Below are positions 18,928 to 27,357 of a DNA stretch of 32,000 bases, piece by piece. This DNA is from Pseudidiomarina andamanensis. Lineage in GTDB: Bacteria; Pseudomonadota; Gammaproteobacteria; Enterobacterales; Alteromonadaceae. The stretch is from positions 210,001-242,000 of the forward strand of contig NZ_CP032551.1 in NCBI RefSeq assembly GCF_009734345.1, given 5' to 3'. The stretch's first letter is position 1. Every line of letters begins with the position of its first letter. The translations under genes were made by a program, and so were the position numbers. The notes beneath the pieces are model-generated. The model was not told the DNA's origin. It saw only the letters and a program-made list of their open reading frames with translations, and ran no database searches.

Positions 18928-19016
18928 GCTCCCTAAACTTGAACCTTCCGAAAATGCTTACTGAGCAGCACCTTCAGAAGAAAGCTGGCGCGCTATGCTC
19001 GTACTTATGTAAGTAC

Positions 19017-19370
19017 TTACTGCTCCAGCGGAGTATCGAAGTTCTCTGGTCGATCGAAGGTGCCGTCGTAGGCAATCAATTGATCATTTTCGAAGGTCAA
19101 CGTTACTTTGTGCTGGTAATCTTCGCTACGACTACGACCAGAGTTTAATTTAAATACGTAATACCAAACATCTTGATCAAAAACATTTTCAGCGACAGGC
19201 TCACCAATAACATAAGCAACTTGTTCTTTGGTCATGCCGACCCGAAGTTGATCAACGTCACGTTGCTCAAGATAGTTACCTTGCGGTATATCGATCCGGT
19301 ACACCCAACTGTCGAAAACGGAACATCCGCTAAGAATTAAAACACTACCTGCAATGACGAGAGCTTTCAT
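19017..19370 (-). CDS. bamE: Outer-membrane protein assembly factor BamE (SmpA/OmlA lipoprotein)
   Basis: I take the start at ATG 19370 (MKALVIAGSVLILSGCS..., lipobox LSGC). The BamE-like core reads YRIDIPQGNYLEQRDVDQLRVGMTKEQVAYVIG. The recN-bamE order matches E. coli. The track start at 19556 would overlap recN. Confidence 0.85.
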   Translation of the reverse strand: MKALVIAGSVLILSGCSVFDSWVYRIDIPQGNYLEQRDVDQLRVGMTKEQVAYVIGEPVAENVFDQDVWYYVFKLNSGRSRSEDYQHKVTLTFENDQLIAYDGTFDRPENFDTPLEQ

Positions 19371-19419
19371 AACACCTGCTGTTAATTTGTGATTCTGTTG
19401 GTGATGATAAACAATGCAC

Positions 19420-21096
19420 CTAACCGACCGCAAGTAATTCAGCAGCATTTGCTTTTGTTGCCGCGGTAATTTCGTCGCCGCCGAGGAGTCGAGCGAGTTC
19501 GATAACACGATCATCCTGGTCGAGTCGAACCATAGTCGTTTCGGTACTTGCACCATCTGTGATTTTGTCTACGCGAAGTTGCTGATGAGCTTTCGCAGCC
19601 ACTTGCGGTAAGTGTGTGACACAAATAACCTGATTTGATTCCCCAAGTTGACGTAATAATTTACCGACGGTTGCTGCTGTTGCGCCACTGACGCCGACAT
19701 CGACTTCATCAAACATCAGCGTTGGCGTGACCAATTGGCTTGCAGTGATTACTTGAATAGCCAAACTAATACGCGATAGCTCACCACCCGATGCTATTTT
19801 CGCTAGTGCTTGTAGTGGTTGCCCAGGGTTTGTGGTCACAGTAAAACATATTTCGTCAGTGCCAAGTCGGGTTGCTGGTGCCTGAGTTTGATGATTAACC
19901 TCAATCACAAAACGACCGTGCGGCATATTCAGTTGCTGCATACTTTTCGCGATGCGTTCACTCAGTTCATTTGCAGCTTTCTCCCGGCTTGCTGATAATT
20001 TCAGCGCAGCGTCACGGTATGCTCGTGCCGCTTGATCAACGCGTTCATCAATGTCAGCAGACTCTGCTTGGCTGGTTTCAAGTTGTTCAAGCTCAGTTAA
20101 TAATTGCTGGTGATGTGCATAGAGTTGACGCGGTTCTAACTGATGTTTACGGGCCAGTTGAACCGCTTGGGTAACACGACGTTCAGCAAGTACAAGTTGC
20201 TCATCATCGAGTTCAATATTGTCTTGGTAGTGACGCAGTTCTCGCGCCGCTTCTTCTACTTGTACACTTGCCTCACTGAGCATGCGCACCGTTTCGGCTA
20301 AATTGGGATCCGTATCTAATTGCTGCTCTAAGCGCGATAATGCGCTCTGCAATAAGCTGTAGGCGTTATTATGCTCTCCTTCATATATGGCATTCAGAGC
20401 AAACGCTGAATCTTCTACTAAAGCGGCGCTATTGGCGAGGCGCTTATGCTGCTGTTCAAGCTCATCAAATTCACCGTCTGCTAAAGCAAATTCGTTTAAC
20501 TCAGAAACTTGATAACTCAGTAACTGCAGTCGCGATTCCATATCCGCTTGTTGCTGGTGAAGTTGCTTTTGTTGCTTTCGTAATCCATACCAATTTTGGT
20601 ATGCCGTTTGAACGTCATCGAGTAATGCTTGATGCCGAGCATAAGCGTCAAGCAGACTCAATTGATGCTCAGGTCGCGTTAACAACTGATGTTCGTGTTG
20701 ACCATGAATATTAACCAATAGCGGGGCTAATTGTTTAAGCTGCGATGCAGTGACCGGATAACCATTGATCCAAGCTTTTGAGCGACCTTCGCGGGTAATG
20801 ATACGGCGCAATACACACGTGCAAGGCTCATCATCTTGAAGTTCTTGTTCGTGTAGCCACTGTGCGGCAGGGCACTTTGCATTAGCTAATTGAAAGGTAG
20901 CACTCACTTCGGCCTTATCGGCATCTGCGCGAATTAAATCGACGTCTGCGCGATCACCTAAACATAAACCCAACGCATCGAGTGCGATAGACTTGCCAGC
21001 ACCAGTTTCGCCAGTAATGGCAGTCATGCCTGAATTAAAATCGACATCAAGTTGACGAACAACCGCAAGGTTGCGAATTTGCATATGAAGCAGCAT
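19420..21096 (-). CDS. recN: DNA repair protein RecN
   Basis: Starts at ATG 21096 (MLLHMQIRNLAVVRQLDVDF...) with GAGGTG upstream. Walker A GETGAGKS, a long coiled-coil middle and a C-terminal SGGELSRISLAIQ / LMFDEVDVG. The track TTG at 21108 adds 4 aa. Confidence 0.9.
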   Translation of the reverse strand: MLLHMQIRNLAVVRQLDVDFNSGMTAITGETGAGKSIALDALGLCLGDRADVDLIRADADKAEVSATFQLANAKCPAAQWLHEQELQDDEPCTCVLRRIITREGRSKAWINGYPVTASQLKQLAPLLVNIHGQHEHQLLTRPEHQLSLLDAYARHQALLDDVQTAYQNWYGLRKQQKQLHQQQADMESRLQLLSYQVSELNEFALADGEFDELEQQHKRLANSAALVEDSAFALNAIYEGEHNNAYSLLQSALSRLEQQLDTDPNLAETVRMLSEASVQVEEAARELRHYQDNIELDDEQLVLAERRVTQAVQLARKHQLEPRQLYAHHQQLLTELEQLETSQAESADIDERVDQAARAYRDAALKLSASREKAANELSERIAKSMQQLNMPHGRFVIEVNHQTQAPATRLGTDEICFTVTTNPGQPLQALAKIASGGELSRISLAIQVITASQLVTPTLMFDEVDVGVSGATAATVGKLLRQLGESNQVICVTHLPQVAAKAHQQLRVDKITDGASTETTMVRLDQDDRVIELARLLGGDEITAATKANAAELLAVG

Positions 21097-21111
21097 AGGA
21101 CACCTCAAGCA

Positions 21112-21157
21112 CTGTGTATGTGTACAGTGGTTATACAGTATTTATACAGTAATGCAA
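21112..21157 (-). promoter_or_regulatory. recN promoter with LexA (SOS) operator(s)
   Basis: The minus strand reads TTGCAT-16 nt-TATAAC. A perfect CTGT-N8-ACAG box (CTGTACACATACACAG, 21112-21127) sits just downstream of the -10. Two further CTGT half-sites lie in the spacer (TACTGTATAAATACTGTAT). Confidence 0.7.
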
Positions 21158-21173
21158 GAGGGGCCCAAAAATT

Positions 21174-22064
21174 TTAAAACAGACGGCTGCCCCAACCGAG
21201 CTTGTTTCTTAAAACGCGGTAGTAGCTGTGATCTTCCGGATGCACCAAACGCAAACGTTGTGGATGTTGTTGAATCACCACATCATCGCCTGGTTGTACG
21301 GTCATACGTACATGACCGTCGCAACTTAGCTGAAGGCTATCGTTATTGGCTGCGGCACGTAAACGGATAACACTATGGCCATCGACAACTATCGGACGGC
21401 TACTCAACGTGTGCGGAAACATGGGAACCATGGTGAAGGCATCGAGGCCCGGGGTAAGTATGGGACCACCCCCAGATAGCGAATAAGCGGTTGAGCCGGT
21501 TGGGGTACTGATGATGAGGCCGTCAGAGCGCTGCGAATAAACGAACTCATCATTCACAAACACTTCAAACTCGATCATGTGCGCTACTTTGTCGGAATGC
21601 AACACCACCTCATTAATCGCGCGCCCTACGCTTTTGGATTTACCGCAGTGAAAAACTTCAGCCTGTAGTAAAAAACGCCGCTCAGTTTGGTAATGACCTT
21701 CAAGAACCGATTTCAGTTGTTCAATCACGTGGTCGGGGTCAAGGTCGGTTAAAAAGCCAAGATTACCGCGGTTCACGCCAATCACGGCAATATCAGCCTC
21801 ACAAAGTATCCGCGCGGCGCCTAGCATATTGCCATCGCCACCCACAACAATAGCTAAATCTGCCGACTCACCGATGCGGTGTAGTGGTAAGATTTGCGCT
21901 TGTGTTGAACTCAATTGTTCCGCTGTTCGCGCTTCAACAATCACCTCATAACCCATATTTAACAAGCTTTGTTCGAGTTTCAGCAAGGTTGCGCGCGTGG
22001 CTTCGTGATTCACTTTGCCCAGCAGTGCAATGCGTTGAAATGCTGGATGCGCTGTCGTCGTCAT
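21174..22064 (-). CDS. nadK: NAD kinase
   Basis: 296 aa with the GGDGN motif ([13 protein letters not shown]) and the [17 protein letters not shown] region. It is divergent from grpE and upstream of recN, as in E. coli. Confidence 0.9.
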   Translation of the reverse strand: MTTTAHPAFQRIALLGKVNHEATRATLLKLEQSLLNMGYEVIVEARTAEQLSSTQAQILPLHRIGESADLAIVVGGDGNMLGAARILCEADIAVIGVNRGNLGFLTDLDPDHVIEQLKSVLEGHYQTERRFLLQAEVFHCGKSKSVGRAINEVVLHSDKVAHMIEFEVFVNDEFVYSQRSDGLIISTPTGSTAYSLSGGGPILTPGLDAFTMVPMFPHTLSSRPIVVDGHSVIRLRAAANNDSLQLSCDGHVRMTVQPGDDVVIQQHPQRLRLVHPEDHSYYRVLRNKLGWGSRLF

Positions 22065-22091
22065 GTTTTTTCCCTTTTTTTGCTGTGATGA

Positions 22092-22119
22092 CTTGAATCA
22101 TCGACAGCTGACCCCATAA
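22092..22119 (+). promoter_or_regulatory. sigma32 (heat-shock) promoter of grpE
   Basis: CTTGAA (22092-22097), 14-nt spacer, CCCCATAA (22112-22119). The consensus is CTTGAAA-N13-15-CCCCATnT. Confidence 0.7.
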
Positions 22120-22188
22120 CTGCCTGCAGATAGTTATATCACAACAAATTATTGTTCATTTGTGAATTTCAACAAAGAGTACGCAGTT

Positions 22189-22800
22189 ATGACCAAGAAT
22201 GATTCAACCAAAGCCGCGCAAGCTGAACAGCAGCAAACGACGGAAACGCAAGCTGAGCAAGTGGTTCAGGATGATCAGGCTGAATCTCAAGCAGCCGAAA
22301 CGGAGACGCTGGATGAGAATCAGCAGCGTATTGAAGCACTCGAGTTGGCATTAAGCCAAGCAGAACAGCGTGCTGATGATGCCAATGACCGTGCAGTACG
22401 TGCGGTTGCAGAAATGGAAAATGTTCGCCGCCGCTCAGCGCAAGATGTCGAGAAAGCGCACAAATTTGCATTAGAAAAGTTTGCCGGTGAGTTGTTAGAT
22501 ACGGTCGACAACCTTGAACGCGCAATGGATATTGCCAAACAAGCAGATGACATCAACCAAAACTTCTTTGAAGGCATTGAGCTGACCCACAAGAACTTGC
22601 TGGGTACTCTGACTAAGTTTGGTGTTGAAGCTGTTGGTGCGGTTGGCGATGCGTTCAATCCAGAATTACATCAAGCGATGGCGATGCAGCCGTCGGAAGA
22701 ACATGACAACAACACTGTGTTGGCAGTGATGCAGAAAGGTTACACCTTGAGCGGGCGCTTATTACGTCCAGCGATGGTGATGGTAGTGAAAAATTCTTAA
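22189..22800 (+). CDS. grpE: Nucleotide exchange factor GrpE
   Basis: The conserved core reads RAVAEMENVRRRSAQDVEKAHKFALEKFAGELLDTVDNLERA ... GYTLSGRLLRPAMV. I prefer ATG 22189 over the track GTG at 22162, which has no SD. The start remains uncertain by 9 codons. Confidence 0.88.
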   Translation: MTKNDSTKAAQAEQQQTTETQAEQVVQDDQAESQAAETETLDENQQRIEALELALSQAEQRADDANDRAVRAVAEMENVRRRSAQDVEKAHKFALEKFAGELLDTVDNLERAMDIAKQADDINQNFFEGIELTHKNLLGTLTKFGVEAVGAVGDAFNPELHQAMAMQPSEEHDNNTVLAVMQKGYTLSGRLLRPAMVMVVKNS

Positions 22801-22817
22801 TAACCCTACTTGGGGTG

Positions 22818-22844
22818 TTGAAAAGTGAAAAAGCCACCCCATAT
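22818..22844 (+). promoter_or_regulatory. sigma32 (heat-shock) promoter of dnaK-dnaJ
   Basis: gTTGAAA (22817-22823), 13-nt spacer, CCCCATAT (22837-22844). It lies 46 nt upstream of the dnaK ATG. Confidence 0.7.
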
Positions 22845-22889
22845 TTGAGTTATCAAACCTGTTTTAGATTATGAAGTTGGAGACGAATC

Positions 22890-24800
22890 ATGGGTAAAAT
22901 TATCGGAATCGACTTAGGTACTACTAACTCTTGTGTAGCAGTACTTGATGGTGACAAACCACGTGTTATTGAGAACGCTGAAGGCGATCGTACCACGCCA
23001 TCAGTGGTTGCATTCACTGATGATGGCGAAGTATTGGTGGGTTCACCGGCGAAACGCCAAGCGGTAACAAACGCAAACAAAACTTTATTTGCGATTAAGC
23101 GCTTAATTGGTCGTCGCTTTAAAGACGAAGAAGTACAGCGCGATATCGGCATCATGCCTTTCAAAATTGTCGAAGCAGACAATGGCGATGCATGGGTGCA
23201 GATTAATGATGAGAAAAAAGCGCCACCGCAAATTTCTGCTGAAGTTCTGAAAAAAATGAAGAAAACGGCAGAAGACTTCTTAGGTGAGAAAGTAACGGAA
23301 GCGGTTATCACTGTTCCAGCTTACTTTAACGATGCGCAGCGCCAAGCAACCAAGGATGCTGGTCGTATTGCTGGTCTTGAAGTGAAGCGTATTATCAACG
23401 AGCCAACTGCTGCAGCATTAGCGTACGGCCTTGATAAGAAGAAAGGCGACAACATTATCGCAGTATACGATTTAGGTGGTGGTACGTTTGATATCTCAAT
23501 TATTGAAATTGATGAAGTTGATGGCGACCACACCTTTGAAGTACTTGCCACTAACGGTGATACGCACTTGGGTGGTGAAGACTTTGATAACCGTTTGATC
23601 AACTACTTGGTTGAGCAATTCAACAAAGATCAAGGCATTGACTTGCGTAAAGATCCACTCGCAATGCAGCGATTGAAAGAAGCGGCAGAGAAAGCAAAAA
23701 TTGAGCTTTCTTCAGCGCAACAAACGGAAGTGAACTTACCGTACATCACTGCGGATGCGACTGGTCCGAAGCACTTAGCGATTAAAGTAACGCGCGCGAA
23801 GCTCGAATCGTTGGTTGAAGACATGATCGCGAAAACTTTAGAGCCAGTGAAACAAGCGTTGAAAGATGCTGATTTGTCAGTGAGTGAAATTCACGACATT
23901 ATTTTGGTGGGCGGTCAAACCCGTATGCCAAAAGTTCAGCAAGCTGTCACTGATTTCTTCGGTAAAGAGCCACGTCGTGACGTTAACCCAGATGAAGCAG
24001 TTGCCGTAGGTGCTGCAGTTCAAGCAGGTGTATTGCAAGGTGACGTGAAAGACGTCTTGTTGCTTGACGTGACGCCATTATCACTTGGTATTGAGACCAT
24101 GGGTGGTGTGATGACCAAGTTGATTGAGAAGAACACGACGATTCCTACTAAGCAATCGCAAACCTTCTCAACTGCAGAAGACAATCAAGCAGCGGTAACA
24201 GTGCATGTTATTCAAGGTGAGCGTAAGCGCGCTGCAGATAACAAGTCATTAGGTCAATTCAATTTAGAAGGTATTCGCCCAGCTTCACGTGGCGTGCCGC
24301 AAATTGAAGTAACCTTTGATATTGATGCGGATGGTATCTTGCACGTATCAGCGAAAGACAAAGACACTGGCAAAGAGCAGAAAATTACCATTAAAGCTTC
24401 ATCTGGCTTAAGCGATGATGAAGTAGAAAAAATGGTTCGCGACGCTGAAGCGAATGCCGAAGAAGACCGTAAGTTCGAAGAGATGGTGCAAGTTCGTAAT
24501 CAAGCCGACGCTCTGGTTCACGGTACGCGCAAGCAGCTTGAAGAAGCCGGTGAGGCGCTTGAAGCGAGCGACAAAGAAGCCATTGAATCAGCTATTAGCG
24601 ACTTAGAAACCGCGATGAAAGGCTCTGATAAAGCTGAAATTGAAGCGAAACAGCAAGCTTTGATTGAAGCGTCAGGTAAATTGATGGAAGCGGCTCAAGC
24701 GAAAGCTCAACAGGCAGGTGACGCCGGCGATAGCGGCAAGCAAGATGCTGACGATGTTGTTGATGCTGAGTTTGAAGAAGTCAAAGACGACAAGAAGTAA
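22890..24800 (+). CDS. dnaK: Molecular chaperone DnaK (Hsp70)
   Basis: 636 aa starting [18 protein letters not shown], with DLGGGTFD and the usual Hsp70 signatures throughout. GGAGA SD upstream. Confidence 0.98.
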   Translation: MGKIIGIDLGTTNSCVAVLDGDKPRVIENAEGDRTTPSVVAFTDDGEVLVGSPAKRQAVTNANKTLFAIKRLIGRRFKDEEVQRDIGIMPFKIVEADNGDAWVQINDEKKAPPQISAEVLKKMKKTAEDFLGEKVTEAVITVPAYFNDAQRQATKDAGRIAGLEVKRIINEPTAAALAYGLDKKKGDNIIAVYDLGGGTFDISIIEIDEVDGDHTFEVLATNGDTHLGGEDFDNRLINYLVEQFNKDQGIDLRKDPLAMQRLKEAAEKAKIELSSAQQTEVNLPYITADATGPKHLAIKVTRAKLESLVEDMIAKTLEPVKQALKDADLSVSEIHDIILVGGQTRMPKVQQAVTDFFGKEPRRDVNPDEAVAVGAAVQAGVLQGDVKDVLLLDVTPLSLGIETMGGVMTKLIEKNTTIPTKQSQTFSTAEDNQAAVTVHVIQGERKRAADNKSLGQFNLEGIRPASRGVPQIEVTFDIDADGILHVSAKDKDTGKEQKITIKASSGLSDDEVEKMVRDAEANAEEDRKFEEMVQVRNQADALVHGTRKQLEEAGEALEASDKEAIESAISDLETAMKGSDKAEIEAKQQALIEASGKLMEAAQAKAQQAGDAGDSGKQDADDVVDAEFEEVKDDKK

Positions 24801-24830
24801 TAGCACGCCCACCGGGTGTCTGTAGTTCAA

Positions 24831-24864
24831 CACACGGGGGTTGCCGAGGGGTAGCCTCCGTGTG
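24831..24864 (+). other. Intercistronic stem-loop between dnaK and dnaJ
   Basis: CACACGGGGG (24831-24840) pairs with CCTCCGTGTG (24855-24864), giving 10 bp including one G.U, around a 14-nt loop. No clear T tract follows, so it is more likely a partial terminator or mRNA-stability element than a full terminator. Confidence 0.4.
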
Positions 24865-24908
24865 CTTGTATCAGGCAGGAAGTAAAGGAACGTGGAAACC
24901 ACATAATT

Positions 24909-26048
24909 ATGTCGAAACCAGATTTATATGAAGTGCTGGGTGTCAGCAAAGATGCCAGCGAACGCGACATCAAAAAAGCCTACAAAAAGTTGGCGATGAA
25001 ATACCATCCTGACCGTACCAAAGGCGACAAAGACCTTGAGATGAAATTCAAAGAGGTACGCGCCGCTTATGAGATATTGTCAGATCCGCAAAAACGTGCG
25101 GCCTACGACCAATATGGTCATGCGGCATTTGAACAAGGTCAAGGTGGCTTTGGTGGTGGCGCTGGCGCTGCAGATTTTTCTGATATTTTTGGTGATGTGT
25201 TCGGTGATATTTTTGGTGGTGGCGGCCGTCGTGGTCGTGCTCAAGCACAACGAGGCGCCGACTTACGCTACAACCTTGAACTTAGCCTAGAAGAAGCCGT
25301 TCGAGGTAAAGAAGTTGAATTAAAAATACCGAAATTAAGCACCTGTGAAGACTGTGACGGTAGCGGTGCAAAAGAAGGTAGCAGTGCTGAAACCTGTGGC
25401 CACTGCCATGGTTCGGGTCAGATTCAAATGCGCCAAGGCTTCTTCGCCGTGCAACAACCATGTCCGCATTGCCGCGGGCGCGGTAAAGTCATCAAAGATC
25501 CTTGCCGCACTTGTTATGGTGAAGGTCGAGTTGAGCGCACTAAAACCTTGTCAGTGAAGATTCCTGCTGGTGTCGATACGGGCGATAGAATACGTTTAAG
25601 TGGTGAAGGCGAAGCAGGCGAAATGGGTGCGCCGTCCGGTGATTTATATGTGCAAGTACATGTACGTGAACACCCAATCTTTGCACGTGATGGAAATAAT
25701 CTATACTGTGAAGTACCAATCAGTTTCACGCGAGCTGCTTTGGGTGGCGATATTGAAGTGCCAACCCTTGAAGGTAAAGTGAAGCTGAAAGTGCCTGTTG
25801 AAACGCAGACCGGCAAATTATTGCGCTTACGTGGTAAAGGTGTGAAGTCAGTTCGTACGGGTGCCGTGGGCGATTTGATTTGTAAAGTTGTGATTGAGAC
25901 ACCAGTCAATTTATCTGACAAGCAACGCGAATTATTGCGTGAACTTGAAGAGTCGATGGGCACTGGCGACGAAGCGGGCAAGTATCGGCCGAAAGAGAAG
26001 GGGTTCTTTGACGGTGTTCGCAAGTTCTTCGACGATCTTCGCGGGTAA
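24909..26048 (+). CDS. dnaJ: Co-chaperone DnaJ (Hsp40)
   Basis: 379 aa. J-domain with HPD (KYHPDRT), a G/F-rich region, and four CxxCxGxG zinc-finger repeats ([32 protein letters not shown]). Confidence 0.97.
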   Translation: MSKPDLYEVLGVSKDASERDIKKAYKKLAMKYHPDRTKGDKDLEMKFKEVRAAYEILSDPQKRAAYDQYGHAAFEQGQGGFGGGAGAADFSDIFGDVFGDIFGGGGRRGRAQAQRGADLRYNLELSLEEAVRGKEVELKIPKLSTCEDCDGSGAKEGSSAETCGHCHGSGQIQMRQGFFAVQQPCPHCRGRGKVIKDPCRTCYGEGRVERTKTLSVKIPAGVDTGDRIRLSGEGEAGEMGAPSGDLYVQVHVREHPIFARDGNNLYCEVPISFTRAALGGDIEVPTLEGKVKLKVPVETQTGKLLRLRGKGVKSVRTGAVGDLICKVVIETPVNLSDKQRELLRELEESMGTGDEAGKYRPKEKGFFDGVRKFFDDLRG

Positions 26049-26054
26049 CACAAA

Positions 26055-26111
26055 AAGCGTTGTTCGATAGTCGTTATTGGTTATTCGAGAGATCGAGTAA
26101 CTAATTTGTTT
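26055..26111. repeat. Copy 1 of a ~54-nt heptamer-built palindromic element; probable dnaJ terminator hairpin
   Basis: Reverse-orientation heptamers GTTGTTC GATAGTC GTTATTG GTTATTC (26059-26086), core GAGAGATC, then forward GAGTAAC (26095-26101). Positions 26076-26088 pair with 26093-26105 (13 bp with two G.U) around a GAGA tetraloop, followed by TTGTTT. It matches 27252-27305 at 44 of 54 positions. Confidence 0.7.
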
Positions 26112-26172
26112 AAGTCTTCGCACAGAACAACGTGATAACTTGGAAATTCGTTTAAGAGCGTGACAAACCCAC

Positions 26173-26207
26173 GAATAACGAACAACGAGTAACGAATAAC
26201 GATCAAC
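26173..26207 (+). repeat. Tandem array of 5 heptamers directly upstream of the M48 peptidase gene
   Basis: GAATAAC GAACAAC GAGTAAC GAATAAC GATCAAC with exact 7-nt phasing. The array ends 16 nt before the ATG at 26224 (AGGAGG at 26214-26219). Confidence 0.85.
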
Positions 26208-26223
26208 GCATTTAGGAGGGGTT

Positions 26224-27036
26224 ATGGGTCATTGGATGAAAATCGGTATTGCTGCTTTAGTCAGTAGCGTATTGCTGAGTGCATGTACTGAGTCGCCTAC
26301 CGGGCGCAGTCAGTTGATGTTATTTTCCAGTGGTCAATTAGCCTCTCTGGGCGACGATAGTTATGCCCAGTTAAAAGAGAAAGAAAAAATCAGTACTGAT
26401 GCACGTACCAATGCTTATGTGCGTTGTATTACTGATGATTTGATTACCGTTTTGCCCAGCCCTTGGCGCGATAGACAGTGGGACGTTACTGTTTTTGATA
26501 GTGAGCAAGTTAACGCATTCGCGCTACCAGGTGAAAATATTGGGGTTTATACAGGGCTTCTGAAAGTCACAGAGAATCGTCATCAGCTAGCTGCTGTTAT
26601 CGGCCACGAGATAGCGCACGTGATTGCCGATCATGGTAACGAACGCATGTCGAATCAGTTTGCGGTTGGCCTTGGTTTGCAAGTCGGCTCCGTTCTGGTA
26701 TCTGAAAACCTCGATAACGAAACTGCAGCCTTAGCCATGGCGGCGCTCGGCATTGGCGCCCAAGTGGGTGTTTTACTTCCGTACTCACGTGTGCACGAGA
26801 GTGAATCGGACCAGTTAGGTATGGATTACATGGCTGCAGCTGGATACAACCCTGCGGAAGCTGCTAATTTGTGGCGCAATATGGCGAAAGTGAATGGCGC
26901 TGCGACACCAGAATTTCTCTCGACTCACCCGTCCCCACAGTCACGTATTCAGGCGCTAGAAGCTTACACGCCGAAAGTGCAGCAAGTGTACCAACAAGCG
27001 GCAGCCCAGCGCCGCAAACCGCTCTGCACCCTTTAA
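26224..27036 (+). CDS. M48-family zinc metallopeptidase, lipoprotein
   Basis: 270 aa. Lipobox VLLSAC, HExxH motif (GHEIAHVIADH), a downstream ESESD acidic ligand region and a strong SD. I cannot assign a specific orthologue (YcaL-, LoiP- or BepA-like). Confidence 0.85.
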   Translation: MGHWMKIGIAALVSSVLLSACTESPTGRSQLMLFSSGQLASLGDDSYAQLKEKEKISTDARTNAYVRCITDDLITVLPSPWRDRQWDVTVFDSEQVNAFALPGENIGVYTGLLKVTENRHQLAAVIGHEIAHVIADHGNERMSNQFAVGLGLQVGSVLVSENLDNETAALAMAALGIGAQVGVLLPYSRVHESESDQLGMDYMAAAGYNPAEAANLWRNMAKVNGAATPEFLSTHPSPQSRIQALEAYTPKVQQVYQQAAAQRRKPLCTL

Positions 27037-27046
27037 AAGCAAAATC

Positions 27047-27095
27047 ATTATTCGTTGTTCGTTACCCGTTATTCGTTTGACCGAATAACGGGTTT
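27047..27095 (+). terminator. Heptamer-built hairpin, probable terminator of the M48 peptidase gene
   Basis: Reverse-orientation heptamers ATTATTC GTTGTTC GTTACCC GTTATTC (27047-27074). CCCGTTATTCG (27065-27075) and CGAATAACGGG (27082-27092) form a perfect 11-bp stem with a 6-nt loop, followed by TTTG. The T tract is short, so terminator strength is uncertain. Confidence 0.5.
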
Positions 27096-27160
27096 GCTCA
27101 GGTCTCCCCACATAGCAATGCGACAACTTTGAACGAAGTGAACAAGCGTGAAAAAACCAC

Positions 27161-27188
27161 CAATAACGAATAACCAGTAACGAATATC
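27161..27188 (+). repeat. Tandem array of 4 heptamers in the M48-symporter spacer
   Basis: CAATAAC GAATAAC CAGTAAC GAATATC with exact 7-nt phasing. Confidence 0.75.
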
Positions 27189-27251
27189 GGTTATAAGTCA
27201 GTCCAAAATGAACTAAAGCCTGTTCGCCTGCGTTAGTACAATACAAAGCGA

Positions 27252-27340
27252 AAGCGTTACTCGTTGTTCGTTATTGGTTATTCGTGAGATCGAGTAACCA
27301 ATAACCAATAACGAACAACGAATAACGAACAACGAATAAC
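27252..27340. repeat. Copy 2 of the palindromic heptamer element, extended by a 7-unit forward array up to the symporter RBS
   Basis: Reverse units GTTACTC GTTGTTC GTTATTG GTTATTC (27256-27283), core GTGAGATC, then forward GAGTAAC CAATAAC CAATAAC GAACAAC GAATAAC GAACAAC GAATAAC (27292-27340). Positions 27270-27284 pair with 27291-27305 (15 bp, one G.U). The array ends 17 nt before the ATG at 27358. Confidence 0.85.
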
Positions 27341-27357
27341 GTTCTTAAAGAGGTGTT

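Noticed and set aside
19001-19016. Palindrome GTACTTATGTAAGTAC immediately after the bamE stop, as a terminator
   Set aside because: It gives only a 6-bp AT-rich stem with a 4-nt loop, and no T tract follows on the minus strand. That is too weak to call a terminator.
19371-19556. 62-codon N-terminal extension of the bamE ORF
   Set aside because: The extension overlaps the recN 3' end and has no BamE counterpart. The internal ATG at 19370 gives a canonical lipoprotein signal peptide with an LSGC lipobox.
22853-23311. 152-aa minus-strand ORF, plus other antisense ORFs inside dnaK, dnaJ, grpE, ppiD, fadIJ and the M16 gene (for example 25514-26053, 22187-22658, 1317-1664, 12647-12904)
   Set aside because: All lie entirely inside strongly supported conserved genes on the opposite strand and show no family resemblance. 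They are the typical shadow ORFs of highly expressed, codon-biased genes.
26131-26176. sigmaE- or sigma32-type promoter for the M48 peptidase (AACTT at 26137-26141; CTTGGAA ... CCCACGAAT)
   Set aside because: Spacing to any acceptable -10 element is wrong: 22 nt for the sigma32-like pair, and there is no TCAAA or TCTGA at 15-17 nt for sigmaE. The resemblance is superficial.
26956-27246. 96-aa minus-strand ORF across the M48-symporter spacer
   Set aside because: It starts in non-coding repeat DNA, reads through reverse-orientation heptamers (which lack stop codons by construction) and ends inside the M48 gene. There is no SD. It is an artefact of the repeat composition.
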